Shown piece by piece: positions 10,670 through 21,226 of a stretch of 64,000 bases of DNA (position 1 is its first letter; every line of letters starts with the position of its first letter). The notes below the pieces were generated by a model. The model was given only the letters and a program-made list of their open reading frames with translations. It ran no database searches and was not told the origin of the DNA. A program made the position numbers and the translations under genes. The stretch is from Candidatus Pollutiaquabacter sp. (GTDB lineage: Bacteria; Bacteroidota; Bacteroidia; AKYH767-A; 2013-40CM-41-45): the NCBI GenBank assembly GCA_947465495.1, contig CANIAS010000004.1, positions 1,808 to 65,807 on the forward strand, written 5' to 3'.

Positions 10670-13600
10670 TTATTGAGCCAAGGTAAATCGAATACTGATA
10701 CCTGCGTTCGTATTGGCGGTTGGATAACTGGAGGAAACAAACGGATTGTTGGCGTTGTACTCGTAGAATGCGCGGATGTTGAAGCGTTCGTTGATCGGAT
10801 AGTCAGCCGATAGTTTGACGCCTAATGTCCGGCTACCGGAACTTGGTTGATTCGTTCCTTCAATGGCTTTACGCAAAATCGTCGTGTTATTACGCATGTT
10901 GATATCGGCACGCAGGCTAAGGTCGCTGGTGATTCGCTTGGGTCCAGTTTTAAAAGGGAACTTCACCTTTTTGATTTTGTATCCTACGCCAATCACATAT
11001 TCCACGCCACGTACTTCAGTTACTTGAATATTTGAATAAGCAAGAGTCAACGTACGGTCGCGACGAATTTCAAAACGTGTTTGAAGACTGTTCTTCCAGG
11101 TCATGTCAATTCCAATCAACGGTGATAGCTGTTCAGCAATGGTCACTTGTTGGAAATCATATTGCGGAATGAAGTTGCCGATGGTGTCTCGGTTAGAAGA
11201 GTAGCCGTCGTTTTGGGTATAGAGCAGATTTTGCGAGAAGGAATTGATACTATATACAGAGCGGTATCCATGGGAAAGACTGAAAGATTGTAGGAAGCTT
11301 TGGAACAACGGCAGCTTTGATAGTCCATCATAGGTAACGCGCCAGTTTGGTCGTGGGATCTCAGGGAAACGATTGAGGAAACGTTTTTCAGGTTGCTTGC
11401 CTGAGTAAGCCGATAAGAACGCCGTTGTCAGAACTTCCGCTTGGGATTGCCCATAACCGAAGCGGTATCCGGGAACGGTGTCGTTACCAGGTGTGTAATT
11501 TGGATTCTGTCCAGCCAGTAATTGCGACGCGTTGCTACGGTAATCAAGGAAGTTGATCCAGTTCTGGTTGGAATAGGTCTTATCATCCTTAACAAACTGA
11601 GTGCTCCACGTGAGGTAGGAGATGGAAAAATTCCCCGATTCTGTTGGACTATAGGTTTGGTAAACACCATCTGCATTGGCACGGAAGAATTCACTGTGCG
11701 TGATGGAGAGATTACGATTGCCAGTTAATTCAATGCGGAAAGATTTGACCGGTTCAATGGTCAAGCGAGCCGTCAAATTCTTTTGCTGGTTCGTACTGTA
11801 GAAGGAGTTCAATGTGGTATCAAGAGTCAGCCATTTGTAACGCACTGCTTCGCCGCGTATGTCTTCCTGGCTACCCATCACGAAACCTAGAGTTGGAGCA
11901 GGCCCTTGACCAAGATAATTCCAATCTTGTCCCATGAAATCGGGTTTCGGTCTGAAGCCCGGCAACGAAGTACCATTGGTGACGCTATAGGTGATAGCTC
12001 CCGATTTGGTCATCATCACAAAGTTTGCAAGGCCGCGAATAATTGGATTGATCTGCGATGGTTGTTTTTTCTGGGTAGAATCACGCGGACTTCTCAGGCT
12101 ATCCGAAGGTGATTTTGGACGGGCAGGTTGCCGCGATGCCGATTTGGTCGATTGCTGGTTGACGCGTTTGAGGAACGGGATCTTATTATACAAAGTGGTG
12201 AATGTCAAATTCGCATTCGCTTGAATCGTCTGTGAGTTTTGAATGGTATTCGCGTACGGATTCTGTCCGATGAGTCCGGTGGCTGAATCGCGGTATAATC
12301 CCGATGATGTCCATCCAAAATCTGCACCATAACGAACGTTCATGTTCACCCAGTCGGTCAGTGGCAGTTTGTTCAGTGGAATGTTATAGGTAAGATTCCA
12401 GGTGTGACGATAGCTGTTGAGACGACCAAAGCGCATCAAGTTCGTTTGAATGGAGTCCCGCTCTTCTCGGGTGTCGATTCGTCCGATTGGTTCATCGATA
12501 ATCGCCGCAGCATTGGAGTTAAAATCAAGCTTCAGTGATTTGGTCAGGTCCCAGTTAAGTCCATACGATCGCGTCATGTTAAACGTTTTGATGAACGTAG
12601 GATCTAGTCGGAAGGCCAAACCGCTGTTGTTGCGCAGCTGGGTCTCAGCATAAGTCCGATCCAGCGCAATACGCGCATTAATGCCGGAAGGAAGTGGATT
12701 GAAATTAAAATCTTTCACAAGTTTCAACCAGTTTGAGCTCATCGCCTTGCCGCCGACTTTATCAAAAGGCTGGAGGGGTTTCGAATTATTGTTGAAGTTG
12801 TAGGCAATAGCGCCTTGTGTGTTCTTCGCAAATCCGTACTCGATGTTGTAGTTTCGTTGATAGATTTCATTGTAGATGTAGGTGAAATTCAGGTTTTCTA
12901 CATCGTAAATGTGGGACTTGGCGGAAGACGATGTTTTCGTCTTTCTAACATTGGTGAAGTTGATGCTTTTTCGTTGCGTGTAATCTTGTGTCTGCTGGGC
13001 TAGCGAATCTCGCACCTCGGTGGAGGGTGTTGCATCTAATGCTTTACTCAAAAGAACGTCTGGATCCAACGGATTGTATTCCGGATTCACGAATGATTCG
13101 CCGTACGAGAAATACATAGGCACTTTAACCCCTGAATTCTCCGGAAGGAATTTGCCTAATTCAAGGTTCGTGGAGAAGTCGTAGGAGTTTCGATTATAGC
13201 GGTCGCCTTCACTTACTTTTTTCTCAATGCTTCGCCATCCAGCGGTGTTCTTGTTGCCAACGATCGTCATGTTCCCCAGATCGGCCAGTTTGGCACTGAT
13301 ACGAGCCGTAGAAGCCCATCCGCCTTGCTCGTCGAAATTGGTCATTCGCAACTCATTCACCCAGACTTCGGCACAGAGTTTCTCGCCCGTTCCACCTGGA
13401 TCTTTTGGATTTCGTACACCAATTAAAATCGATCGAATGTTTGATAAGTTCGGTGAGCCCTTCACGGTGATGGTCCTGTCACCAACGGTGATGGTGTAAG
13501 GCGTCAACAACGTGACGTTGGTATTTGTTAACTGCGCATTGTTGCGCTGCAACTTCACGTCGATCAATTGTTCTAAGTCGATGTCAAGGTTGTTGGCTTC

Positions 13601-16600
13601 TGGCCAAATTGCATCCGGATCACTGGTGTTCCATGGTGTAACTGTCAGCGGAATATCGTATTCGTAATAGTTCTGACTTAAGTCACTTCCAAGTCGGATG
13701 AAGAGGTGAAGCTGACCATTTTGCAAGTTGTCTACTGGCCCACGTGATTCTGCATGCGAGAACATCTGAAGATTCTTGTAGGAACGAAGATCCAGTTGGG
13801 TGTTGCGGTACGCTGCACGTGCATCGCCATCGGCCAGGTCGCATACGCGAAGTGATAGTGAAGCTTCGTTGAGGTTCGCTGTTTGGGTGGTAGTGATATC
13901 TCGCTCACGAACAATGCCTGGTGGTACCACGTACGGAATTGGATCACGTGCGCCATTCTCTTCAATACTTACGGTGGAAATATCAAATTGGGTCTCTCCC
14001 GGAACTTCAGGAGTCGGCGCGTATTCTCCGGGATTTAGCAGTGAGTACTGATAAGTTCTCCAGTCTCCGCGGAGTAATTCAAGTCGAGCAAAACGAAGTA
14101 CTACCGGTTTTTCAAAGCGCTTCATGTACATGCGGATGAAGCGGATGTTTTGAATATCAACTTCACCTACAGTTTTATTCGGTTGACGGATTGGAATTTT
14201 GAATTGATACCATTTGATAGAGCCCGTTGTATTGTTTGCATAACGCACCGGCGACTCGATCATATCTGAAATATAATTTTGTCCAACGACCATGTCAGAT
14301 GGACGGAGATTCACCTTGTATTGATAATAATTCTCGCCTACCTCCATGTTGTTATCACGGTTGATGTCCTCCATGTCAGGTAGCGTGGTAGCTGTTGACT
14401 GTATGCCGTCAATGGTGCCGTTCGCCGGTGAATTACCCTGGTGGCCGTTGTAGCGTTTGTAGCGACTTAGCGGACTCGCATTGGTGTCGCTGTACGCAGG
14501 GTTGAGGAAGTAGAAGTAGTTGTCATTGGAAGGATCACTTGAGGCGACGTTGTAAGCTACTGAACCACTACCGTACAGGTTGTTGATACGGTCGAGGTAG
14601 GAGTTTTTGAAGAAGTTGCGTTCTGCTCCATCATCCACACCATCCAGTCCTACGTCTTGCGCTGTTCGACTCTCCGCACTATTGTCAAACGCATTGACGA
14701 TGGATTGAATCGTTGAGTAACGACTCCAGTTTGAATTTTGTGTTGTGTAATTGTTCGTAGGTGCAGGAAGTCCATTTTCAAAGCTCTTGTATCCGTCGCG
14801 CAGAATATCTTCGGAAAGATTACCCAAGTTGAAATACAATTCACCACCAGTTCCGTCATTGAGTGATCCGTCTGCAAAAGGATCCATGACCCAGAACTGT
14901 ATGAACTCGATGTTGCTCGCCTCAAAGTCGGTCGTTTCAATTTTGCGCATTACACCCCCCCAACGCGTCGATGGATCTCTCAAGGAGCCATCCGCGTTTA
15001 TACCTGCTGAGATGCCTGGGGTAGGATCTACGTCGTAGTTGTACTGACCTTTTTCATCGGGATAAAAGGCAACGTTCATACACGTAATAACCTGCGGGCC
15101 GCCAACTTGTGAACGGTTTGGAAATACTTCCGCTTGTGGAACTTCACGAACGTAGTTGTTGCTCTCGTCATTAGCATCAATATCCGGCGGTGTCAGTCCT
15201 GCTTGATCACGCTGGAACAAAGGATCTACATAATACCAGGCGATACGTCCACGGTTATATCCGTTGATTAAGCTATCGTTATAGTCTGCTTCTGGGAACA
15301 TGCCGAGTTCCGTTTGGCCCATCGGTGTGCTCGACAAATACCAACTTCCTGGATTTCGCATGTCCAATGGTGTGATGGCACCTTCAAAATCGTCGATGTA
15401 GGCATTTCCTTCTTTCCCGATGGATCGATTGTGACCAGGAATCATCTTGGCCGCTTCAGCAGCTACGGTGATGTTGGAAACTTCTCGAGTGTCGTAGAAA
15501 GGAAGTTTATCCAGCATCTTTGTCAGGAATCTGGAATCCGTGCGATAGGTTCCATCTACCCCCAACATCCAGTTAGAGATGGGCTCGTCTCCGATGTTTA
15601 CTTTTTGTGTCAGCGGCCGTTCATTGAGGTGGAGCATCGTGGCTCCAAGTTGGAAATCTTTGTTGACGGTATAATCAAAACGATTCCCAAAGAAGGTCTT
15701 GGTTTGTAGATTAAACATCTGCTGACTTTCCAAGGATACCTTGATGGGCGTGTTTGATTTCAAAACACCATCATTGATAATCTTGACGCGTCCCAAGGTG
15801 TAGTCAACGGTATAGTCCACATTTTCTTTCAGCGGAACACCACCTGCAGTAACGGTTACAGATCCTCTCGGAACGTTGATAGCGTTCAGCGGGATGTCGC
15901 TACCAGCAGCTGCCTGGTAGGATCCACGCATGCTGAATTTATTTTTTTCTGGTTGCTGCTGTGCAGCGGTCTTGGTTGAATCGTAAAGGGCGTCGTAGGC
16001 GTATTGGTCGGCTAAGGCAGTATTGCCGCAGAATTTTGATCGTAAGTAACTTCCGAATGGTTCACGCACTGGAAAAATCATTCGACCCGTTTGAGTATTG
16101 ATGGTAATCCCATTTACAAAGTCGAAAATACCATCTGGCTGCGGATCACCATTCGTGTTTAGCTGATCCATGTTCATCAATCGGACCAACGGAATGCCCT
16201 GTACGGTGCTACATCCATCCGGGATGTAATTGATGTTTCCGCCAATTTGGTCGTCTTGGTACAATACATCCAGCCGGAAATCTTTTTGCGAAACGTTATA
16301 TCCTCCGAGGGAGTAGATGTTACGCATCATTAAATCCCAGGTATAAAATTTTGGAGAGAAACCCGTACTGCGAATCAGTTTCACAAATAACGCCTGCGTA
16401 CCGGTAATGTTGGAATTGTAGGTGGAGATCTCACCAACTCGGTGCAAGCGTCCGTTGTAGTTGTATTCGAAGGCAACTGCCAGCACTTGATTGGGCTCCA
16501 GGGCGGTATTCAGCGAGATGTAACCAAGCTGCGTATTCAAGGTGTATTCAGAAGCTTGAAGTAACCGAGCATTCTCAACGGTTTCGAAGTTGCGCGTCCG

Positions 16601-17920
16601 ACAGTAGCTGTTCGAGGTGCAAAGCGGATCCAGAATGGAGGAAGCTGCTGAGATGGAACGAAGTTGTGTAAGTCCACCAACACCGAGCTTGTCGTACAGA
16701 TTATTGGAAGAGTCGGACGGCTCAACAACATTCCAAGGTGCGCCGGAAGGTCGGTCAATCAGCGACTGGCCAGAGTCAGGAAGGTATTCTCCAAGATCAG
16801 CAAATGCTACGATGTTCCGGTTCTGTTGAGTCTGCGAAGAAATGAAACTGCGTGAGGTGACCCATACTTCAATTCGGGTGATGTTGAAAGGCGAACTGAT
16901 TCGGTTGAGCTGACTGAGCGTCTGGTCGTAGCGATCCTTGAAGAATTGAGAAAGGAAGAAGTGACGGTTGGCTTCGTATTGGTCGGCGGTGATGCTAAAC
17001 GTGGTGGTTTGGGCACCGCCTTTCACATCAACTGTTTGCGACTTGCCGCGTTGCTGGCTATATACGCTAGTGACTTTCAGTTTGCCAAACTGTAATTCCG
17101 TCTTGATACCGAACAAACTTTGTGAGCCTTGAATCAACTGACTGTTAAGCGGGAAGTTGATGTTACCAGCTTCTATTTTACGTATTATGTCGTCCTCGTA
17201 TCCCGTGTATTCGATCTTCATTTGATTTTCGAAGTCGAACGTTGCCTGAGTGTTGTAATTCGTGGTCAGTTTCATCTTATCGCCGATGTTGGCGATGACG
17301 TTCATCTGGATTTGCTCTCGGAAATCAAAGGTGGTTACCTTGCGTTGTTTTTCAGGCAACGCAGGATTTTCATTCTTCGCTACATTAATGGCAAAGAATA
17401 ATTCCGCAGAGCCTTGAGGCCGGATATCAATCGTGTTACCTCCGAAAATGCGGTCGAATATTGGACTGTTGACCGTGATTTTGGGAGCAAAGGCCTTTTT
17501 ATTCAATTTGTCCTCTTCATTGGCTCGTTGGCGCCAATAATCTTTGGTGGAATTGTGAAATTCCTGATCCACAAATTCTTCAAAGGACAAGTAGCTCGGA
17601 TTCCGGTAAAAGAGCTTCCCCATTTTTTCGGAAATGTTGTATTCGTTGTCCTCGGTATCATATTCCACATCGGGTTGGATGTTGGACGGATCACTTAAAT
17701 ACATAGGACTCTCGGAGCCAGGTGTGGAGTACTGGTCCGCGATACGGTCTTCAAAGGGGTAAGGAAGGCTGACATTCGAGTCAGTTTCAGCAATCACTTC
17801 GTCTGACATCTCCTCGGAAACGATTCCGACAAAACGTGCAGGCTCATCGGCTGCCCATACCATGGACACTAATGACAATGCTGTTCCGAACCCGAAAAGA
17901 TATCGTTTAAAATTCTTCAA
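10670..17920 (-). CDS. sprA: T9SS translocon / gliding-motility protein SprA
   Basis: 2416 aa with a signal peptide, and giant beta-barrel-type composition throughout. The N-terminal region (PIFDRIFGGNTIDIRPQGSAEL) is as I remember it for SprA/Sov. It apparently has a TTG start, with no in-frame upstream ATG. Confidence 0.85.
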   Translation of the reverse strand: MKNFKRYLFGFGTALSLVSMVWAADEPARFVGIVSEEMSDEVIAETDSNVSLPYPFEDRIADQYSTPGSESPMYLSDPSNIQPDVEYDTEDNEYNISEKMGKLFYRNPSYLSFEEFVDQEFHNSTKDYWRQRANEEDKLNKKAFAPKITVNSPIFDRIFGGNTIDIRPQGSAELFFAINVAKNENPALPEKQRKVTTFDFREQIQMNVIANIGDKMKLTTNYNTQATFDFENQMKIEYTGYEDDIIRKIEAGNINFPLNSQLIQGSQSLFGIKTELQFGKLKVTSVYSQQRGKSQTVDVKGGAQTTTFSITADQYEANRHFFLSQFFKDRYDQTLSQLNRISSPFNITRIEVWVTSRSFISSQTQQNRNIVAFADLGEYLPDSGQSLIDRPSGAPWNVVEPSDSSNNLYDKLGVGGLTQLRSISAASSILDPLCTSNSYCRTRNFETVENARLLQASEYTLNTQLGYISLNTALEPNQVLAVAFEYNYNGRLHRVGEISTYNSNITGTQALFVKLIRSTGFSPKFYTWDLMMRNIYSLGGYNVSQKDFRLDVLYQDDQIGGNINYIPDGCSTVQGIPLVRLMNMDQLNTNGDPQPDGIFDFVNGITINTQTGRMIFPVREPFGSYLRSKFCGNTALADQYAYDALYDSTKTAAQQQPEKNKFSMRGSYQAAAGSDIPLNAINVPRGSVTVTAGGVPLKENVDYTVDYTLGRVKIINDGVLKSNTPIKVSLESQQMFNLQTKTFFGNRFDYTVNKDFQLGATMLHLNERPLTQKVNIGDEPISNWMLGVDGTYRTDSRFLTKMLDKLPFYDTREVSNITVAAEAAKMIPGHNRSIGKEGNAYIDDFEGAITPLDMRNPGSWYLSSTPMGQTELGMFPEADYNDSLINGYNRGRIAWYYVDPLFQRDQAGLTPPDIDANDESNNYVREVPQAEVFPNRSQVGGPQVITCMNVAFYPDEKGQYNYDVDPTPGISAGINADGSLRDPSTRWGGVMRKIETTDFEASNIEFIQFWVMDPFADGSLNDGTGGELYFNLGNLSEDILRDGYKSFENGLPAPTNNYTTQNSNWSRYSTIQSIVNAFDNSAESRTAQDVGLDGVDDGAERNFFKNSYLDRINNLYGSGSVAYNVASSDPSNDNYFYFLNPAYSDTNASPLSRYKRYNGHQGNSPANGTIDGIQSTATTLPDMEDINRDNNMEVGENYYQYKVNLRPSDMVVGQNYISDMIESPVRYANNTTGSIKWYQFKIPIRQPNKTVGEVDIQNIRFIRMYMKRFEKPVVLRFARLELLRGDWRTYQYSLLNPGEYAPTPEVPGETQFDISTVSIEENGARDPIPYVVPPGIVRERDITTTQTANLNEASLSLRVCDLADGDARAAYRNTQLDLRSYKNLQMFSHAESRGPVDNLQNGQLHLFIRLGSDLSQNYYEYDIPLTVTPWNTSDPDAIWPEANNLDIDLEQLIDVKLQRNNAQLTNTNVTLLTPYTITVGDRTITVKGSPNLSNIRSILIGVRNPKDPGGTGEKLCAEVWVNELRMTNFDEQGGWASTARISAKLADLGNMTIVGNKNTAGWRSIEKKVSEGDRYNRNSYDFSTNLELGKFLPENSGVKVPMYFSYGESFVNPEYNPLDPDVLLSKALDATPSTEVRDSLAQQTQDYTQRKSINFTNVRKTKTSSSAKSHIYDVENLNFTYIYNEIYQRNYNIEYGFAKNTQGAIAYNFNNNSKPLQPFDKVGGKAMSSNWLKLVKDFNFNPLPSGINARIALDRTYAETQLRNNSGLAFRLDPTFIKTFNMTRSYGLNWDLTKSLKLDFNSNAAAIIDEPIGRIDTREERDSIQTNLMRFGRLNSYRHTWNLTYNIPLNKLPLTDWVNMNVRYGADFGWTSSGLYRDSATGLIGQNPYANTIQNSQTIQANANLTFTTLYNKIPFLKRVNQQSTKSASRQPARPKSPSDSLRSPRDSTQKKQPSQINPIIRGLANFVMMTKSGAITYSVTNGTSLPGFRPKPDFMGQDWNYLGQGPAPTLGFVMGSQEDIRGEAVRYKWLTLDTTLNSFYSTNQQKNLTARLTIEPVKSFRIELTGNRNLSITHSEFFRANADGVYQTYSPTESGNFSISYLTWSTQFVKDDKTYSNQNWINFLDYRSNASQLLAGQNPNYTPGNDTVPGYRFGYGQSQAEVLTTAFLSAYSGKQPEKRFLNRFPEIPRPNWRVTYDGLSKLPLFQSFLQSFSLSHGYRSVYSINSFSQNLLYTQNDGYSSNRDTIGNFIPQYDFQQVTIAEQLSPLIGIDMTWKNSLQTRFEIRRDRTLTLAYSNIQVTEVRGVEYVIGVGYKIKKVKFPFKTGPKRITSDLSLRADINMRNNTTILRKAIEGTNQPSSGSRTLGVKLSADYPINERFNIRAFYEYNANNPFVSSSYPTANTNAGISIRFTLAQ

Positions 17921-18015
17921 GGGTGAATAAACGGGCTGATAATGTGTTTATTGGTAAAGTCAGCTCAAATAGGGCGGGATTAGGTTCAAAGGCCCTAATT
18001 TACGTCAAATTTTGG

Positions 18016-18047
18016 ATAAAAACCCCTAAAATCAGAGGGATTTTAGG
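18016..18047 (-). terminator. rho-independent terminator straddling the ruvA stop codon
   Basis: Minus strand reads CCTAAAATC-cctct-GATTTTAGG followed by GGTTTTTATCC: a 9-bp perfect stem, 5-nt loop and a U-tract. The ruvA stop codon (18032-18034) lies at the loop-proximal end of the hairpin (two nt in the stem, one in the loop). Confidence 0.55.
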
Positions 18048-18607
18048 ACCTGCCGGATTAAATCTTCGACGGATAGTCCCGGGTCTTTTTGAAGAAGCTT
18101 GTCCAATGCTCCATCGACAGTATTTCGTTGAAAACCAAGGGTTAAAAGAGCCGCTGAAGCTTCTTCCTTTACTTTAAGCGAACGTAGGGCTCCAGGCATA
18201 TTGGTTTCTCGGGTAAGTTTCCCGCGCAATTCAAGAATAACTCGCTGTGCCGTTTTCTCGCCAATGCCTTTTATTTTCTTCAGCCGACCAACGTCTTCTG
18301 CGGCGATGCAAGCCTCGATTTCTGTGGGATTCATGGACGATAGCATCATACGCGCTGTATTACAGCCGATCCCCGAAACAGAAATCAATGAACGGAATAA
18401 TCTTCGTTCCTCTTCGCCATTAAATCCGAATAACGTATGCGCATCCTCGGTGATGTGCAAATGGGTGAGCAGGTGTACTGATTCGTCGTCCTTTAGTTGG
18501 GAAAAAGTATGCAAGGAGATATTGACGAAATATCCTACTCCGCCGCATTCGATAATGCAGTAGGCTGGATTTTTTTCTACAAGTTTGCCGTGAAGATGGT
18601 GAATCAT
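18032..18607 (-). CDS. ruvA: Holliday junction DNA helicase subunit RuvA
   Basis: MIHHLHGKLVEKNPAYCIIECGGVGY N-terminus, helix-hairpin-helix motifs (VSGIGCNTA, IKGIGEKTAQR), 191 aa. Confidence 0.92.
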   Translation of the reverse strand: MIHHLHGKLVEKNPAYCIIECGGVGYFVNISLHTFSQLKDDESVHLLTHLHITEDAHTLFGFNGEEERRLFRSLISVSGIGCNTARMMLSSMNPTEIEACIAAEDVGRLKKIKGIGEKTAQRVILELRGKLTRETNMPGALRSLKVKEEASAALLTLGFQRNTVDGALDKLLQKDPGLSVEDLIRQVLKSL

Positions 18608-18644
18608 GCCTTAAAGGTACAAACAGCAACGTCAGTAAATAACC

Positions 18645-21155
18645 TTACTTCATTTTTACGATATGATGTATTTCTACGCCTTCCGAAGATCGAATTTTTA
18701 AGAGATAACTTCCAGCTGACAATGGTGCTGCTACTGTTGTTAAATCAATTCTTCCAGGTGTTGATTCCACCGAAACATGAAGTAGTACTTGACCGGCCAT
18801 ATTCATAACCTCTAATTCCTCAATGGATGCGTTGAATTGGTTTTTCCCCACGAACAATTGATCGTGAAATGGATTCGGATAAACGGTACTAACCTTCGCA
18901 GCTGTAGTTGTAGGTACGCTCGTAAAAATGGGATCGATATTTAAGCTCCAACTCGATCGTCCATAACTGGCTGCATATAAGGTGCGTGATGACTCATGAA
19001 GCCGAAGGTCGGATACGGGAACTACAGGCATGTTGCTGCCAGCTATTGTCCAGTTTTGACCAAGGTCAAGTGTCACATAAACACCTACATCCGTGGCGAT
19101 GAAAAGTGTAGAGTCGTGATCAGGATCAGGTACCAAATCGTTGCAAGGCACATCTGGCAGGTTTCCGTCTATGCTTAACCAGGTTTGACCGAAATCTGCA
19201 CTGCGGTAAACGTGTGCTACTGGATCGTGAAATCTATAACCGGATAACGTTGCATAGACAATGGCTGCATTGTGGGGATCCACCGCTACATGCGTCACCC
19301 ACCGGATGCTGCTCATGGGATTTACCCGTTGCCAGTTAACTCCATAATCCAACGTAACCCATACATTGCCATCGTCTGTGCCACAGTAAATAATGTTGGT
19401 ATCAGAAGGCGCCATAGCAAGTGTTGTTATCGTTCCCCACGTAATGGGATACCCGAAAAAGGAGTGATCGGTAAGATCCGGACTTATGCTTTGCCAATTA
19501 TTTCCTTGATCGTACGTCACGTTCAGGCGATTGCTTCCAAGGAAAACCGTGCTGTAGGATTGCGGATTGAATTCAATCGGAGTGTTCCAATTAAATCGAT
19601 CGTTTGGATCGATGCCATTCACGCCGGTATTGATGCCTCCATACTGATATTCTGCATATGTGAAGCCGCTCACAGGGTCGAACAGCACATGAAATCCATC
19701 GCCTCCCCAAATCGAATACCAGTCAGCGGTTCCGCCGGTGGCAGTGATGACTGTTCCGTTATCCTGTGCTCCGCCTCCATGAATTTCCGGCGTCAGTTCG
19801 TTCAATTCAAAGGTGTAGAATTGTGTAATGGGTAATTTCTCGTCGTGCGACCAACTTAAGCCACCATCGTTCGAGTAAAATAGTCCACCGTCATTTCCAC
19901 GTAGCAGGAATTCGTGTTGCATCGGATGAACAAATACTTCATGATTGTCGGGATGGTATCCACTTGAAACATTGTTCCAGCTCTGGCCGCCATCCGTTGT
20001 TTTCCACGTATCAAAACCAATCAGGTATACGATGTTATCATCTGTAGGATCTACAGTAATGCGACCTTCCCAATGGGCAGCCCCATTGAAAATATCACCA
20101 ATACCGATATCGTTGGTTCGGCTCCACGTGTTTCCGCCATCGGTGGATTTGTAAACACCTTGAAACGTGCTTTGATCATTGCTGATCATATAATAGAGCG
20201 TATTTGGGTTACTGGCCGAGATACCGATGGAGGTTCGTCCGTAGTTAAATCCAGATGGTAGCCCAGCGGTTGTTGTAATGCGCGACCAGGTGTTTCCTCC
20301 ATCCGTGGATTTCCACAGGCCAGAATCAGGGCCTCCCAGATTACGGCGATCAATACGTCGAACACGTGTCCAGGTGCATGCATAAACGATGTTGCTATTC
20401 AAGGGGTCAATTGCAACGTCAATCACGCCGGTGGAGTCGTTTCTAAACAGAAACTGTTGCCACGTGGCTCCACCATCGGTGGAATGGTATAAGCCTTGAT
20501 CAGTACTACTTCCGAACAAATCGCCCATAGCAGCTACGAAAACTCGATTGGCGTCGTTGGGATCCACAGCGATACGGCCGATGTTGCGACAATTATTCAA
20601 ACCGATATCGGTCCAGGTAGTGCCCGCATCTAGTGATTTAAAGACACCTGCACCATCGTAAGCGATGGATCCTCCTCCTGTATTCGCTTCTCCCGTTCCT
20701 ACGTAGAGGATGTTTTCATTGGAAGGTGCTATGGTAAAGTCGCCGATCGAGAGGGAAGGTTGGTTATCAAAAATAGGATTCCAGGAATTACCAGCATCGG
20801 TTGATTTGAAAATCCCACCTGATGCTGCACCAACATACATCGTTTGTAGGGAGGACGGAGGCATGGCTACATCGGTAATTCGTCCACCGATATTTATTGG
20901 ACCGATCGGTTGCCAGGGAGCAAGGGTGGTGCGTTGCACTGCGCTTTTTTGGCGGCAGATGGATCGCGCCGCTTGTTGATGAGCATCGGCATCTACTTTC
21001 CCATAAGGAATCATCCGTTGAAAAATATACCAGTCGTTGATTTCATCTTTAACCTCTAAGGGAGACCAGTGAAATTCAGTTACATGTTGCGCAAAAATGT
21101 CGGTTGAAAAAAGCAGTGCGACAATAGGAAGCAGGATTTTTTTAGTAATTAACAT
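18645..21155 (-). CDS. BNR/Asp-box (sortilin/GH74-like) beta-propeller protein with T9SS C-terminal sorting domain
   Basis: Signal peptide. At least 10 Asp-box repeats (STDAGNSW, SLDAGTTW, STDGGATW, STDGGNTW x2, TTDGGQSW, SNDGGLSW ...). The C-terminus VYPNPFHDQLFV...LLKIRS...IVKMK is typical of a type-A T9SS CTD. Confidence 0.75.
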   Translation of the reverse strand: MLITKKILLPIVALLFSTDIFAQHVTEFHWSPLEVKDEINDWYIFQRMIPYGKVDADAHQQAARSICRQKSAVQRTTLAPWQPIGPINIGGRITDVAMPPSSLQTMYVGAASGGIFKSTDAGNSWNPIFDNQPSLSIGDFTIAPSNENILYVGTGEANTGGGSIAYDGAGVFKSLDAGTTWTDIGLNNCRNIGRIAVDPNDANRVFVAAMGDLFGSSTDQGLYHSTDGGATWQQFLFRNDSTGVIDVAIDPLNSNIVYACTWTRVRRIDRRNLGGPDSGLWKSTDGGNTWSRITTTAGLPSGFNYGRTSIGISASNPNTLYYMISNDQSTFQGVYKSTDGGNTWSRTNDIGIGDIFNGAAHWEGRITVDPTDDNIVYLIGFDTWKTTDGGQSWNNVSSGYHPDNHEVFVHPMQHEFLLRGNDGGLFYSNDGGLSWSHDEKLPITQFYTFELNELTPEIHGGGAQDNGTVITATGGTADWYSIWGGDGFHVLFDPVSGFTYAEYQYGGINTGVNGIDPNDRFNWNTPIEFNPQSYSTVFLGSNRLNVTYDQGNNWQSISPDLTDHSFFGYPITWGTITTLAMAPSDTNIIYCGTDDGNVWVTLDYGVNWQRVNPMSSIRWVTHVAVDPHNAAIVYATLSGYRFHDPVAHVYRSADFGQTWLSIDGNLPDVPCNDLVPDPDHDSTLFIATDVGVYVTLDLGQNWTIAGSNMPVVPVSDLRLHESSRTLYAASYGRSSWSLNIDPIFTSVPTTTAAKVSTVYPNPFHDQLFVGKNQFNASIEELEVMNMAGQVLLHVSVESTPGRIDLTTVAAPLSAGSYLLKIRSSEGVEIHHIVKMK

Positions 21156-21173
21156 ATTTCAAAGATAATAAAG

Positions 21174-21199
21174 AAGGCCCTTCGTAGAGGAAGGGCCTT
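21174..21199 (-). terminator. rho-independent terminator downstream of maeB
   Basis: 9-bp stem AAGGCCCTT / AAGGGCCTT with an 8-nt loop. On the minus strand it is followed by CTTTATTATCTTT. Confidence 0.55.
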
Positions 21200-21226
21200 G
21201 AGTCAAAAGCGGATAGCATTGATTTT

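Noticed and set aside
10847-17698. About 20 short ORFs (60-131 aa) on both strands inside sprA, e.g. 15314..15709 (+) and 17129..17401 (+).
   Set aside because: All are fully nested in, or antisense to, the 2416-aa sprA frame. They have low-complexity, Arg/Ser-rich 'shadow ORF' composition and no recognisable motifs.
19272-19835. 187-aa plus-strand ORF inside the BNR-propeller gene.
   Set aside because: It is antisense to a frame with regularly spaced Asp-box repeats, which is clearly the real one.
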